Source of the DNA: Anaeromyxobacteraceae bacterium
GTDB lineage: Bacteria; Myxococcota; Myxococcia; Myxococcales; Anaeromyxobacteraceae
DNA length: 64,000 nucleotides
Reading direction: 5' to 3'
Assembly: GCA_032654565.1 (NCBI GenBank)
Contig: JAULAX010000013.1
Location: forward strand, 131,853 to 195,852
In this document: piece by piece, positions 1-10,085 of the stretch
Position numbering within the stretch: position 1 is the first letter of the stretch
How the letters are laid out: each line of letters opens with the position of its first letter
Position numbers and translations under genes: made by a program
Notes under the pieces: model-generated
Seen by the model: only the letters and a program-made list of their open reading frames with translations
What the model was told of the DNA's origin: nothing
Database searches by the model: none

Positions 1-41
1 AGCGGCGCTGACCCGGCCGCGGCGCCCCGGCCGCCGCACTC

Positions 42-659
42 CTACCAGTCGGCGACCAGGCCGATGCCCATGGTGATCGACCAGCCGCCGGCCCGCCAGA
101 GCTGGTCGGCCACCAGGTCGGTGGCGGTGCCGAGGTCGTGGCGCCAGGCCAGCGTCACCTCGACGCGGTCGGTCCGGCCGGCCGGGTTCCTCATGCCGGT
201 GGCGGCCCGCCCCACCAGCCCGGCGTAGGCGAGATCGGCGTCGCCCCGCCACTGGTCGGGGCCGTGGCCGGCGAAGTGGGTGTAGCGGCGCCAGCCCAGC
301 TCCCCGGCCAGCGAGAGCCGCCAGCGCTCCCCGGCGGCCCCGGTGATCCCGGCCGAGCCGCCCAGCACGGTGGTGGTGGGGGGGCGGAAGGAGAAGAGCG
401 AGAGCAGGTCGATGAGCTGCCGCCCCTCGTAGCTCAGGCCGGCCTCCAGCATCCGGTAGCGGAGGCCGGCGGCCACGCCCAGCACCAGGTAGCAGGGGTT
501 GGCGCCGCGCAGGTCGGTGCCGGGGACCGAGCCGCGGTCGCAGTAGCCGGTGCCGACGGAGACGTGGAGCGCCGGGGTGAGGGGGGCGGCGGGCTGGAGT
601 GCGGCGGCGTCGGGGCCGGCGGCGGCGAGCAGCAGCGCGGCGAGGGCGGCGGTGACCAT
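42..659 (-). CDS. Secreted hypothetical protein, probable small outer-membrane beta-barrel
   Basis: Ala/Leu-rich signal peptide, alternating hydrophobic beta-strand pattern, C-terminal aromatic (GLVADW). Confidence 0.6.
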   Translation of the reverse strand: MVTAALAALLLAAAGPDAAALQPAAPLTPALHVSVGTGYCDRGSVPGTDLRGANPCYLVLGVAAGLRYRMLEAGLSYEGRQLIDLLSLFSFRPPTTTVLGGSAGITGAAGERWRLSLAGELGWRRYTHFAGHGPDQWRGDADLAYAGLVGRAATGMRNPAGRTDRVEVTLAWRHDLGTATDLVADQLWRAGGWSITMGIGLVADW

Positions 660-750
660 GCGGGGCCCACCTTACACCGGGCGCGGTGGGCCCGGCCCGG
701 CCTGCTGGGGTGTGACCCCGAGGCCCGGCGCGCGCGCCGCGGCCGTTGCC

Positions 751-779
751 TTGGTGACCTCGGAGGCCCGGGGTAGACT
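751..779 (+). promoter_or_regulatory. Putative sigma70-type promoter for the PilB/GspE ATPase
   Basis: TTGGTG(751-756)-N17-TAGACT(774-779), 9 nt before the GTG start. Confidence 0.4.
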
Positions 780-788
780 CGCCTCCCC

Positions 789-2618
789 GTGACCCGCCGC
801 CGCCACGCCAGCGAGTTCAACCTCGAGTTCGTCGCCGAGATCCTGGCCCGGCAGGGGCTGATCTCCGACGACGCCCGCAAGACCGCGGCCGCCCGCGAGA
901 ACGTGCAGCGGGCCCGGCTGCTGCGGGAGCAGGCCACCCGCGCCGGGGGGAGGGGGCTGCGGCGCGCCGAGCTCTCGCCCATCGAGCTGCTGGCCAGCTT
1001 CGCCTTCCCCGACCTGCGGCGCGACGGCGAGCTGGTCGACGAGGACAAGGCCACCGCGGTGCTGGCCGAGGCGGTGGGGATGCCCTACCGCAAGATCGAC
1101 CCGCTCAAGCTCGACGCCAGCCTCATCACCCGCACCCTCTCCCGACCCTTCGCCCGGCGGCACGCGGTGCTGGCGCTGGAGCGGCGCGGGGCGGTGCTGG
1201 TGGTGGCCACCGCCAACCCCTTCGACCGGGAGCTGTTCGAGAACCTGCGCGGGCTGACCGGCCTGGAGATCGAGCCGGTGCTGGCGGCGCCGTCGGACAT
1301 CCACCGGGCCATCGCCGAGGTCTACGGCTTCCGGGCCCAGGTCTCCGAGGCCCAGGTGCAGCTCGGCGTCGCCGGCATCGACGTCGGCAACCTGGAGCAG
1401 TTCGTCAACCTCTCCGGGGTCGACGCCCTGGAGGCCTCCAGCGAGCCCGTCATCGCCGCCGTGGAGTACCTGCTCCACTACGCCTTCGAGCAGCGGGCCA
1501 GCGACATCCACCTCGAGCCGCGGCGCGAGGAGTCGATCATCCGCATGCGCATCGACGGCGTCCTCCACCCGGTCCACCGCATCCCCAAGGGGGTGCACGG
1601 CGCCATCGCCAACCGCTTCAAGATCATGGCCCGGCTCGACATCGCCTCCCGCAAGCCGCAGGACGGCCGCATCCGCACCGCGCGGGGCGACGCCGAGATG
1701 GAGCTGCGCGTCTCCACCATCCCCACCACCTTCGGCGACAAGATCGTGGTGCGGGTCCTCGATCCCAGCGTGCTGGTGCGCGACCTCTCCGAGCTGGGGT
1801 TCCTGCCCGAGGAGCGGGAGACCTTCGAGCGCTGGCTGCTCCGGCCCCACGGGCTGATCGTGGTCACCGGCCCCACCGGCTCGGGCAAGACCACCACCCT
1901 CTACTCGGCGCTGCAGGCGCTGGCCTCGCCGGAGGTCAACGTGGTGACCATCGAGGATCCCATCGAGATGGTCCACGAGGACTTCAACCAGATCGCCGCC
2001 AACCCGCGCACCGGCACCAGCTTCGCCGAGGCGCTGCGCCACGTGCTCCGCCAGGACCCCGACGTGATCATGGTCGGCGAGGTCCGCGACGCCGACACCG
2101 CCACCCAGGCGGTGCAGGCGGCGCTCACCGGCCACCTGGTGCTCACCACCCTCCACACCAACGACGCGGTGGGGGCCATCGCCCGGCTCCGCGACCTGGG
2201 CGTGCCCAGCTTCCTCATCGCCGCCACCCTCACCGGGGTGGTGGCGCAGCGGCTGGTCCGCCAGGTCTGCCCGTCCTGCGCCGAGGACGTCCCGCTCACC
2301 GCCGACGAGGTGGCCGGGCTGGGCGTGTCCCACCCCGAGGACCACGCCGGCGAGCTGCTGGCGCGGCGCGGTCCGGGCTGCGCCAAGTGCCGCTACACCG
2401 GCTACTTCGGCCGGGCCGGGCTCTTCGAGATCCTCGCCGTCAACGCCCGGCTCCGCCACCTCATCGCCGACGGGGCCACCCCCGAGACCCTGGTCCGCAC
2501 CGCGCGCCAGGACGGCCTGAAGAGCCTGCGCGAGCACGCCGTCCAGAAGGTGGCGGCCGGGGTGACCTCCTACGAGGAGGCCATGCGCGCCACCGCCGAC
2601 GTGGAGGGGACGCCGTGA
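789..2618 (+). CDS. GspE/PilB-family secretion/pilus extension ATPase
   Basis: Walker A GPTGSGKTT, TIEDPIE, LRQDPDVIMVGEVRD, His box TLHTNDA, CPSC...CAKC zinc motif, GspE-type N-terminal domain. Confidence 0.93.
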   Translation: MTRRRHASEFNLEFVAEILARQGLISDDARKTAAARENVQRARLLREQATRAGGRGLRRAELSPIELLASFAFPDLRRDGELVDEDKATAVLAEAVGMPYRKIDPLKLDASLITRTLSRPFARRHAVLALERRGAVLVVATANPFDRELFENLRGLTGLEIEPVLAAPSDIHRAIAEVYGFRAQVSEAQVQLGVAGIDVGNLEQFVNLSGVDALEASSEPVIAAVEYLLHYAFEQRASDIHLEPRREESIIRMRIDGVLHPVHRIPKGVHGAIANRFKIMARLDIASRKPQDGRIRTARGDAEMELRVSTIPTTFGDKIVVRVLDPSVLVRDLSELGFLPEERETFERWLLRPHGLIVVTGPTGSGKTTTLYSALQALASPEVNVVTIEDPIEMVHEDFNQIAANPRTGTSFAEALRHVLRQDPDVIMVGEVRDADTATQAVQAALTGHLVLTTLHTNDAVGAIARLRDLGVPSFLIAATLTGVVAQRLVRQVCPSCAEDVPLTADEVAGLGVSHPEDHAGELLARRGPGCAKCRYTGYFGRAGLFEILAVNARLRHLIADGATPETLVRTARQDGLKSLREHAVQKVAAGVTSYEEAMRATADVEGTP

Positions 2619-4107
2619 CCGACGTGGCCACCCAGCTGGCCGGGCTCTGGTCGTCGGGCTCGCCCATCATCTACCTGGTCACCTCGGAGGAGGAGCGGGC
2701 GATGGCGCTGGCCCGCGCCGCCGCCGAGGGGTTCGACGCCCCGTGCGCCACCTGGTCCTCGCACCGCGGGCTGGTGCCGCAGGCGCCCCACGCCCGCTCG
2801 CCCATCGAGGCCCTCGACGCCCTGCTGGCCGCCCCCGGGCCGCTGCTGGCGGTGCTGCTCGACTTCCACCTGGCGCTGCGCGACCCGGCGGTGGCCCGCG
2901 CCGTCCGCGACGCGCTCCCCCGGCTGGCGGCCGAGGGGCGCTGCCTGCTGATCGTGGCGCCCCGGCTGGAGCTGCCCGACGGCCTGGCCGAGGCGGCGGC
3001 GGTGCTGCGGCTGCCGCTCCCCGGGCTGGGCGAGCTGGGGGCGGTGCTGGAGCAGGTGCGCCACGCCACCGGCGCGGCCGAGGCCGGCGCCGAAGCGCGC
3101 CACCGGGCCCTGACCGCGGCGCGCGGCTTCACCGAGGGGCAGGCCCGCCGGGCCTTCACCCGGGCGGTGCGCGAGGACCCGGCGCTGGGCGAGGCCGCCC
3201 AGGCCACCATCCTGGTGGAGAAGCGCCGCCTGCTGGCCCGGGACCTCGGCCTCGAGGTGGTGGAGACCACCGAGGCGGCCGAGCACCTCGGCGGGCTCTC
3301 CAGCTTCAAGGCCTGGCTGGCGGAGCGGGCCCTGGCCTTCGCCCCGGGGGCGGAGCGCTTCGGCCTGCCGGCGCCGCGCGGCGTGCTGCTGGTGGGCGTG
3401 CAGGGGTGCGGCAAGTCGCTGGCCGCCAAGGTGGCGGCGGCGCAGCTGGGGGTGCCGCTGGTCCGGCTCGACCTGCCGCGGGTGCTGGGGCGGGAGGGGG
3501 CGGAGGAGAGCCTGGCGGCGGCGCTGGAGGCGGCCGAGGCCATCTCGCCGGTGGCGCTCTGGGTCGACGAGATCGAGAAGGGGTTCGCCGGCAGCGCCCC
3601 CGGGCAGGGGGGCGAGGCCCGCGCCGCCCGGCTGCTGGGGGCCTTCTCCACCTGGCTGCAGGAGCGGCAGGGCTCGGTCTTCGTGGTGGCCACCGCCAAC
3701 GACGTCACCCGCCTGCCCCCCGAGCTGCTGCGGCGCGGCCGCTTCGACGAGCTCTTCTTCGTCGACCTGCCCGACCTGGCGGCGCGGCGCGAGATCCTGG
3801 CGCTCCACCTGCGGCGGCGCAGCCGGATCCGGAGTCCCTCGACCTGGCGGCGCTGGCCGACCTCTGCGCCGACTTCTCCGGCGCCGAGCTGGAGCAGGTG
3901 GTGGTGGGCGGCCTGCACCGGGCCTTCGCCCTCTCGCGCCAGCTGGAGACCGCCGACCTGCGGCGGGTGGCCCAGGACCTGGTGCCGCTCTTCCGCACCT
4001 ACGAGGAGCAGATCAAGGCGCTGCGCGAGTGGGCCCGGGGCCGGGCCCGGGTGGCCGGGCGCTCCGGCGCCGTGGTCGACCTGTTCCGGCGGGCGCCCAA
4101 GGGCTGA
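2615..4107 (+). pseudogene. Ycf46-like AAA+ ATPase with a 1-nt frameshift near 3820 (pseudogene or sequencing error)
   Basis: GTGA overlap with upstream stop; [39 protein letters not shown] in one frame; lid region [19 protein letters not shown]...IKALREWA continues in the -1 frame to TGA 4107. Confidence 0.8.
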
Positions 4108-4215
4108 GCGGCCGCCGCTCCGGGCACCACGCTCTGCTCGGCCATCCCCGGCTCGGTGGTGGCCGGGCGGCGGGTCTTCAGCGTCACCGTCGGCGAGCAG
4201 CGCCCGGCCGGCCGG

Positions 4216-5001
4216 TCAGGGCCGCAGGACGTCCAGCACGTGCCGGTGCACCAGGCCGTTGGAGGCCACGCAGGCGCCGCGGGTGTGGGTGACGTTCCCC
4301 TCGAGGTCGGTGAAGCGGCCGCCCGCCTCCTCGATCAGGATCTTGAGCGGGGCGATGTCCCAGACCTGCACCCCGGCCTCGACGAAGGCCTCGGCCCGCC
4401 CGGTCAGCACCATGGCGCAGCCGGCCAGGTCGCCGTAGCCGCGAGCCTGGGCCGCGGTGACCGTCAGCTGGTTGACCTGGGCCCGGCGCTCCGGCGCCAG
4501 CAGGAACTTGAGCTCGCCGAGGGAGAGGGTGGCCTCCTCCCACGAGGCGATCCCCGACACCCGCAGCCGCTCCGGCGCCCCGGCCCCCACCTGCCGCCAG
4601 GCGCCGCGGCCGCGGGCCGCCCAGTAGAGCTCCCCCAGCGCCGGCATCCCCATGGCGCCGGCCAGCACCTCGCCGTCCACCTCGAAGGCCACCAGCGGCC
4701 CCCAGAAGCTGCCGCCGCGGGTGAAGCCGCGGGTGCCGTCGATGGGGTCGACGATCCAGCGGGCCCCGCTGCCGGCGTGGGCGCCCCCCTCCTCGCCGAG
4801 GATGGCGTGGCCGGGGAAGCGCTGGCGGACCACCGCCACGATGGCCGCCTCGGCCTCGCGGTCGGCCACCGTGACCGGGCTGCGATCCGGCTTGAGCTCG
4901 ACGCGGACGCCGGCGCGGAAGTGGCGCATGGCGGCGGCGCCGCCGGCGTCGGCGGCCCGGCGGGCGGTCTCCATGGCGAGGTCGAGGTCGGGAGCGGTCA
5001 T
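4216..5001 (-). CDS. Inositol monophosphatase family protein, probable histidinol-phosphatase (HisN-like)
   Basis: KPDRSPVTVADREAE, ILGEE, WIVDPIDGT, WDIAP motifs. Confidence 0.88.
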   Translation of the reverse strand: MTAPDLDLAMETARRAADAGGAAAMRHFRAGVRVELKPDRSPVTVADREAEAAIVAVVRQRFPGHAILGEEGGAHAGSGARWIVDPIDGTRGFTRGGSFWGPLVAFEVDGEVLAGAMGMPALGELYWAARGRGAWRQVGAGAPERLRVSGIASWEEATLSLGELKFLLAPERRAQVNQLTVTAAQARGYGDLAGCAMVLTGRAEAFVEAGVQVWDIAPLKILIEEAGGRFTDLEGNVTHTRGACVASNGLVHRHVLDVLRP

Positions 5002-5052
5002 GCGGCGCAGTCTAGCCGCTCGAGGCGCCGGCGGGTCGCGCCCGGGGGGGTG

Positions 5053-5095
5053 AAAAAGCGACGGCGGCCGCCCTGGGGGAGGGCGACCGCCGTCG
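5053..5095 (-). terminator. Rho-independent terminator downstream of the CoA-transferase
   Basis: About 16-bp GC stem (cgacggcggccgccct / agggcgaccgccgtcg) followed on the minus strand by TTTTT (aaaaa at 5053-5057). Confidence 0.8.
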
Positions 5096-5118
5096 GTGCT
5101 GCGGGGGGTCCGGGGAGG

Positions 5119-6651
5119 CTACTTCTTCGGCCGCATGTCACCCGACTGCAGGTAGCGGGTGTGGAAGGCGAAGGCCTCGCTGAACATGTGCGGCGAGTGG
5201 AGGCCGGCGCTGGGGTTCTTCATGGCGCGCTTGTAGTAGTCCCAGAGGATGGGACGGTACTCCGGGGCGGCCGCCTTCTCGATGATCTCCTTGGCCTTCT
5301 CCTTGGGGCTGCGGCCGCGCAGGTCGGCGAAGCCGTACTCGGTGACGATGCCGGAGACGTCGTGCTCGGTGTGGTCGATGTGCGACGCGAAGGGCACGAT
5401 GGCGGAGATCTTGCCGTCCTTGGCCGTGGCCGGGGACATGAAGATGGTGTAGGCGGAGTTGCGGGCGAAGTCACCCGAACCGCCGATGCCGTTCTCGATC
5501 CCCTTGCCGGCGATGTGGGTCGAGTTGACGTGGCCGTAGATGTCGGCCTCGACGAAGCCGTTCATGGCGATGCAGCCGAGGCGGCGGATGATCTCCGGGT
5601 TGTTGGAGATCTCCTGCGGGCGCAGGATGATCTGCTTCCGGTAGCGCTCGATGTCCTTGTTGAAGCGGACCTGCCCCTCGGGCGAGACCGAGAAGGCGGT
5701 GGCCGAGGCGGCCACCAGCTTGCCGGAGTCGAGCATGTCGAGCATGCCGTCCTGGATCACCTCGGTGTAGGAGATCATCCGGTCGAACGGCCCCTCGTTC
5801 AGCCCCACCAGCACGGCGTTGGCGATGTTGCCGACGCCCGACTGCAGCGGGTTGAGGTGCTTGGAGAGCCGGCCGGCCTTCACCTCGCCGTCGAAGAAGT
5901 CGAGGATGTGCCCGGCGATGCGCTTGTGCATCTCCTCGGGCGCCTTGAAGGCGGCGTTGCGGTCCGGGTAGGCGCTCTCGACCACCGCCACCACCTTGGA
6001 GGTGTCGAACTTCCAGACCTGCGAGCCCTTGCGGTCGTCGGCGGCGTTGATGGGGATGGCCACGCGCTTGCCGTGCTCGGCCGACACCGAGATGATGTCG
6101 TGCATCCCCTCGAGCCGCTCGTCCTGCCAGGAGTTGACCTCGAGGATGATCTTGTCGGCGTGCTCCAGGTAGACGTTGTTGGCGCCGCACGACGACGAGG
6201 GCACGCAGGTGCCGTCCTCGTTGATCTTGGTGACCTCGATGAGGCAGAAGTCGAGGTTGTTCTTGCCCTTGCCGTAGAAGCCGTAGCGGACCAGCGTGCC
6301 CGCGTGGCTCAAGTGCATGTCCTGGTACTCGATGAGCCCGGCGTTGATCTTCTCGCGGGTGGCGGCGTCGCCCTGGTAGGGGAAGCGGAAGCGCGAGGCC
6401 TCCACCGTGGACATCATGGTGTCCTGCTCCGGGCCGGTCGAGGCGCCGGTGAGGACGTCGAACTTGAGGGCCTTGCCCTTGAGCTTCTCGTCGAGGGCCC
6501 GCTTGGCGAGCGCGATGGGCACCGCCTTGGGGTAGCCGGCGCCGGTGAAGCCGGACATGCCGATGACGGAGCCGTTGGGGATGAGTGCAGCGGCGGCCTC
6601 GGCCGACATCACCTTCGCCTTGAGCGCCTTGTTGAGAATCCGGTCAGCCAT
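5119..6651 (-). CDS. Acetyl-CoA hydrolase/transferase family, succinyl-CoA:acetate CoA-transferase type
   Basis: SGFTGAGYPKAVP, LQSGVGNIANAV, YTEVIQD, EADIYGHVNST, NGIGGSGDF. Confidence 0.92.
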   Translation of the reverse strand: MADRILNKALKAKVMSAEAAAALIPNGSVIGMSGFTGAGYPKAVPIALAKRALDEKLKGKALKFDVLTGASTGPEQDTMMSTVEASRFRFPYQGDAATREKINAGLIEYQDMHLSHAGTLVRYGFYGKGKNNLDFCLIEVTKINEDGTCVPSSSCGANNVYLEHADKIILEVNSWQDERLEGMHDIISVSAEHGKRVAIPINAADDRKGSQVWKFDTSKVVAVVESAYPDRNAAFKAPEEMHKRIAGHILDFFDGEVKAGRLSKHLNPLQSGVGNIANAVLVGLNEGPFDRMISYTEVIQDGMLDMLDSGKLVAASATAFSVSPEGQVRFNKDIERYRKQIILRPQEISNNPEIIRRLGCIAMNGFVEADIYGHVNSTHIAGKGIENGIGGSGDFARNSAYTIFMSPATAKDGKISAIVPFASHIDHTEHDVSGIVTEYGFADLRGRSPKEKAKEIIEKAAAPEYRPILWDYYKRAMKNPSAGLHSPHMFSEAFAFHTRYLQSGDMRPKK

Positions 6652-6804
6652 CGGTTGAGCCTCCTCGGTGGTCCCCCCTGGGGTGTTCCGGGGGGGGAGA
6701 ATGGGGGAGCGGTGCGGGGGGCAACGCCCATGCTTCGCGGGAAGCGAGAGAGTAGTCGAGAGCGCGCACTTCTTGGAAGCGCGGATCGCTCGATCGCTGC
6801 GATT

Positions 6805-9282
6805 TTACGGCGAAAGATGACGAGTGATCCCGTCGATGATTCCACGCAGCGCGTCAGGCTCGGCGCCACGATCCAGTCGACCATTGCGGTCGACGATGGC
6901 GCCGGTCGACAGCAGCCAATCGACTGAATTCTCAAGCGTGGCCTTGGAGAGCGCCTCGCGCAGCGCCACCCGGCCGGAGAGGAAATCGGCGCGGCCGCGC
7001 TCCAGGCACTGGTTGACCAGCGCCTTCCTGTCGAGCGCGTGACGCGCCGCGTCGCCGAGAAGCCGATCGCTGGTCTCGGCCGCCAGCCGGTAGGCCTCGA
7101 GGTAGGGGCGGAGGAACTCGGCGAGGAACTCCACCGGCTCGCGCGCCGCGCCCAGCCGGATCCGGTCTCCCTCCACCTCCACCGCGCCGAGCCGCTGCAG
7201 GAAGGCGACGTTCTGGTCGAAGATCTCCAGCAGCGAGAGCCCCGGCTCGTACATGAACTCCAGCTTGAGGAGGCGGGAGAGCCAGGCGGCCCGGGACAGC
7301 ACCTCGGCGCGCGAGCCCTCGCCGACCAGCAGCGCCGCCGAGGCGATGGCCGGGGCCACGAAGCGGTGGAGCACGGCGTTGCGGTGGTAGTCGAGCACCG
7401 GCCGCTTCTCGTCGACCACCCGGTAGATGGTCTCCCCGGCGGCGGTGTCGGTGGTCACCTGGCCGCTGGCCACCAGCCGGCGCACCGCGTCCTGGATGGG
7501 CCCGGGGTGGAGCGGGTCGCTGCTGGTGCCGGCCAGCCCGCGCCCGAAGCGGGCCCCGCCCCCCTCGGCGGCGATGAAGCGCAGCAGCTCCACCCGCCGC
7601 GCCAGCTCCGGCGCCGGCAGCCCGCGCCGGGTGTGCGAGAGCAGCGCCGCCGAGACCAGCCCGACCGGCGTGATGGTGACCGCCCGGCCGATGCCGAAGG
7701 CGATGCGGGTGGCGGTGGCCTGCACCAGCTGCCGCCGGGCCTCGGGATCGGTGGCCAGGGTGGCGGCGCGGGCGCCGAGCCGGGCCTGGGCCACCGCCCG
7801 GAGCGACACCGGCTCCTCGAACTGCACGTAGAGCCGCTCGTAGCGCCGGAAGAGGACGGCGAAGGAGCCCAGCAGGCCGCGCAGGTTCTCCTTGGGCTTC
7901 TCGCCGCCGGAGAGCTCGCGCAGGTAGGCCGAGGCCTCGATGAGCTTCTCGTAGTCGATGGAGACCGGCACGAAGAGGACGTCCTCGGCGGCGCCGTCCA
8001 GCCAGGCGTCCACCTCCATGGAGACCAGCCCCATCTTGGGGAAGAGCAGCTTGCCGGTGCGGCTGCGCCCGCCCTCGATGTAGAACTCCTGGGGGAACTT
8101 GTCGCGCAGCAGCTGCTTGACGTAGGCGCGCAGCACCGCGGCGTAGACCCGGTCCCCCTTGACCTGGCGCCGGATGAAGAAGGCGCCGCCGCGGCGGAAG
8201 AAGGGGCCGGCCGGCCAGAAGGAGAGGTTGATGCCGGCGGCGATGTGCGGCGCCATCATCCCGTGCTCGTAGAGGAGCCAGGAGATGACCAGGAAGTCGA
8301 CGTAGCTCTTGTGGCTGGGGCAGATGACCACCGGCGCGGTGGCGGCGGCGCGCTTGACCCGCCCCAGGCCGTCCTCGTCGATCTCCAGCGAGTCGTAGAG
8401 CTTGGCGAAGAGCCCCTTGAGCACCGGCCGGGCCACCGCCACCACCTTGGGATCGTAGTTGCTGGCCAGCTCGTCGAGGCAGCGCGCCGCCTCGGCGTGC
8501 AGCCCCTCCACCGGCTGCCCGGTCTCGGCCGCCAGCTCCTCGAGGCGGGAGCGCAGGGTCCGGTCGCGGAGCACCCGGGCCTTGACCCGCCCCGGCCCCT
8601 TGAGCGGCGGGCCCACCGCCGCCCGCAGCTCGCGCGAGAGGTGCTGCAGCACGGCGCCGCGGGCCCCGCGCGCCACCGAGAGGTTGGAGCCGCCGGGCTG
8701 GGCGGCCAGCCGCTCGCGCAGGTCGACGGCCGTGCCCACCGAGAGGAAGCAGTGGCGGAAGTTGCGGAAGAAGGCGACGGCGTTGGCGATGGCGTTGGGG
8801 GAGTCTGGGGTGCCGAAGAGCACGTCCCAGATCGAGCCCTTCAGCCGCTGCGCCCGTCGGCTCCAGAGCAGCAGCACCGGGACCAGGAAGATGGGGCGGG
8901 CCAGCGACCGCTGCATGCGGACCAGGTGGGCCAGCGGTCCGGCCTCGGTGGAGCGGTCGGCCAGGAAGACCACGCTGGAGCGCCCGGCGCCCACCGCCTC
9001 CTCGAGCGCGCGGCGGGTGCGCCGGATGCGGGAGATGGCGCCGGCCAGCCCGGTGTAGCCCTGGGCGGCCTGCAGCGGGGGCAGGCCGTGGCGGCGCAGC
9101 AGCCAGCGCAGGTAGAGGAAGTTGAGCAGCCCGGACCGCCGCATCACGAAGACCAGGCTGCCGCGGGCCGCCAGCGCCGCCAGCTCGGCCGGGGCGTCGG
9201 GCGGGACCCGGACCGGCTGGAAGAGCCGCTCCATCCCCCGGGGCTCGGGCGCGGCCTTCGGGGTGGGTGGCGAGCGGTCCAT
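6805..9282 (-). CDS. plsB: Glycerol-3-phosphate acyltransferase
   Basis: HX4D motif PSHKSYVD, AAGINLSF, GAFFIRR, FYIEGGRSRTGK; 825 aa. Confidence 0.88.
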   Translation of the reverse strand: MDRSPPTPKAAPEPRGMERLFQPVRVPPDAPAELAALAARGSLVFVMRRSGLLNFLYLRWLLRRHGLPPLQAAQGYTGLAGAISRIRRTRRALEEAVGAGRSSVVFLADRSTEAGPLAHLVRMQRSLARPIFLVPVLLLWSRRAQRLKGSIWDVLFGTPDSPNAIANAVAFFRNFRHCFLSVGTAVDLRERLAAQPGGSNLSVARGARGAVLQHLSRELRAAVGPPLKGPGRVKARVLRDRTLRSRLEELAAETGQPVEGLHAEAARCLDELASNYDPKVVAVARPVLKGLFAKLYDSLEIDEDGLGRVKRAAATAPVVICPSHKSYVDFLVISWLLYEHGMMAPHIAAGINLSFWPAGPFFRRGGAFFIRRQVKGDRVYAAVLRAYVKQLLRDKFPQEFYIEGGRSRTGKLLFPKMGLVSMEVDAWLDGAAEDVLFVPVSIDYEKLIEASAYLRELSGGEKPKENLRGLLGSFAVLFRRYERLYVQFEEPVSLRAVAQARLGARAATLATDPEARRQLVQATATRIAFGIGRAVTITPVGLVSAALLSHTRRGLPAPELARRVELLRFIAAEGGGARFGRGLAGTSSDPLHPGPIQDAVRRLVASGQVTTDTAAGETIYRVVDEKRPVLDYHRNAVLHRFVAPAIASAALLVGEGSRAEVLSRAAWLSRLLKLEFMYEPGLSLLEIFDQNVAFLQRLGAVEVEGDRIRLGAAREPVEFLAEFLRPYLEAYRLAAETSDRLLGDAARHALDRKALVNQCLERGRADFLSGRVALREALSKATLENSVDWLLSTGAIVDRNGRLDRGAEPDALRGIIDGITRHLSP

Positions 9283-9287
9283 GTGGC

Positions 9288-10037
9288 TCAGCCGTGCCGC
9301 TTCACCACGCCGTCCTTGTCGAGGTACCAGGGCTCCACCAGCAGGGCCTCCACCGAGGGCCGGTACCCCTTGACGTCGGCCCCCAGCCGGTGGAGCGCCG
9401 CCAGCACCTCGCCGCGGACCCGGGCGTTGCCGGCGTCGCGGACCAGCAGCTCGATGAGCGCCGCGCGCGAGGGCTCGGAGAGCGGCAGCCCGGCCAGGGC
9501 CCGGGCGGCGCTGATGCGGACGTCGTCGGAGAAGTCCTCGAGCATGGCCCGCAGCACCCCGTCGAGGCCGGCGGCCTCGGCGCCGTCATGGTGCTCGCTG
9601 ACCCAGGCCAGCAGCGTCAGCTTCTTCTCCGGGTCGCGGGTGTAGACGGTGGAGAGCCGGGTCAGCTCGGCCACCACCACGTCGAGCACCGCCTCCGGCG
9701 TGGTCACCGCCGCCAGGGCCCGCAGCCCCCAGGCGATCCCGGTCTCCTGCTCCCGGATGAACTCGGTGACCGGCCCGACGGCGTCGCCCCCGGCGTCGAC
9801 GAGGTGGCCGTGGACCGCCTCCTTCTCCTCCTGGTCGGTGATGCCCGGGTCGGAGAGCAGGGTGAAGCGCAGGCAGAGGGTCTTGAGCGCGCCAGGCGAC
9901 CCGAGGGCGGCCAGCACCTCGATCCCGCCCATGCGGTTCTCGGACGGGCCGTACTTCTCGGTCACCTTGCGCGCCAGCTTCTTGAGCTGGGACTGCTCCC
10001 GCTCGCTGGCCGATCCAAACAGATCAAAGATGCCCAT
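9288..10037 (-). CDS. HEAT-repeat protein
   Basis: LEDFSDDVRISAARALA and NARVRGEVLAAL HEAT-like units; SD GGAGG upstream. Confidence 0.75.
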   Translation of the reverse strand: MGIFDLFGSASEREQSQLKKLARKVTEKYGPSENRMGGIEVLAALGSPGALKTLCLRFTLLSDPGITDQEEKEAVHGHLVDAGGDAVGPVTEFIREQETGIAWGLRALAAVTTPEAVLDVVVAELTRLSTVYTRDPEKKLTLLAWVSEHHDGAEAAGLDGVLRAMLEDFSDDVRISAARALAGLPLSEPSRAALIELLVRDAGNARVRGEVLAALHRLGADVKGYRPSVEALLVEPWYLDKDGVVKRHG

Positions 10038-10085
10038 CCAACCTCCCGCCGCGCCGGGTCGAACGACCGGGCGGCGCGCGTGGTT

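Noticed and set aside
2387..4438. 683-aa ORF taken as the full AAA ATPase
   Set aside because: N-terminal part overlaps the PilB gene and the C-terminal part after about 3820 is off-frame nonsense running into the hisN-like gene
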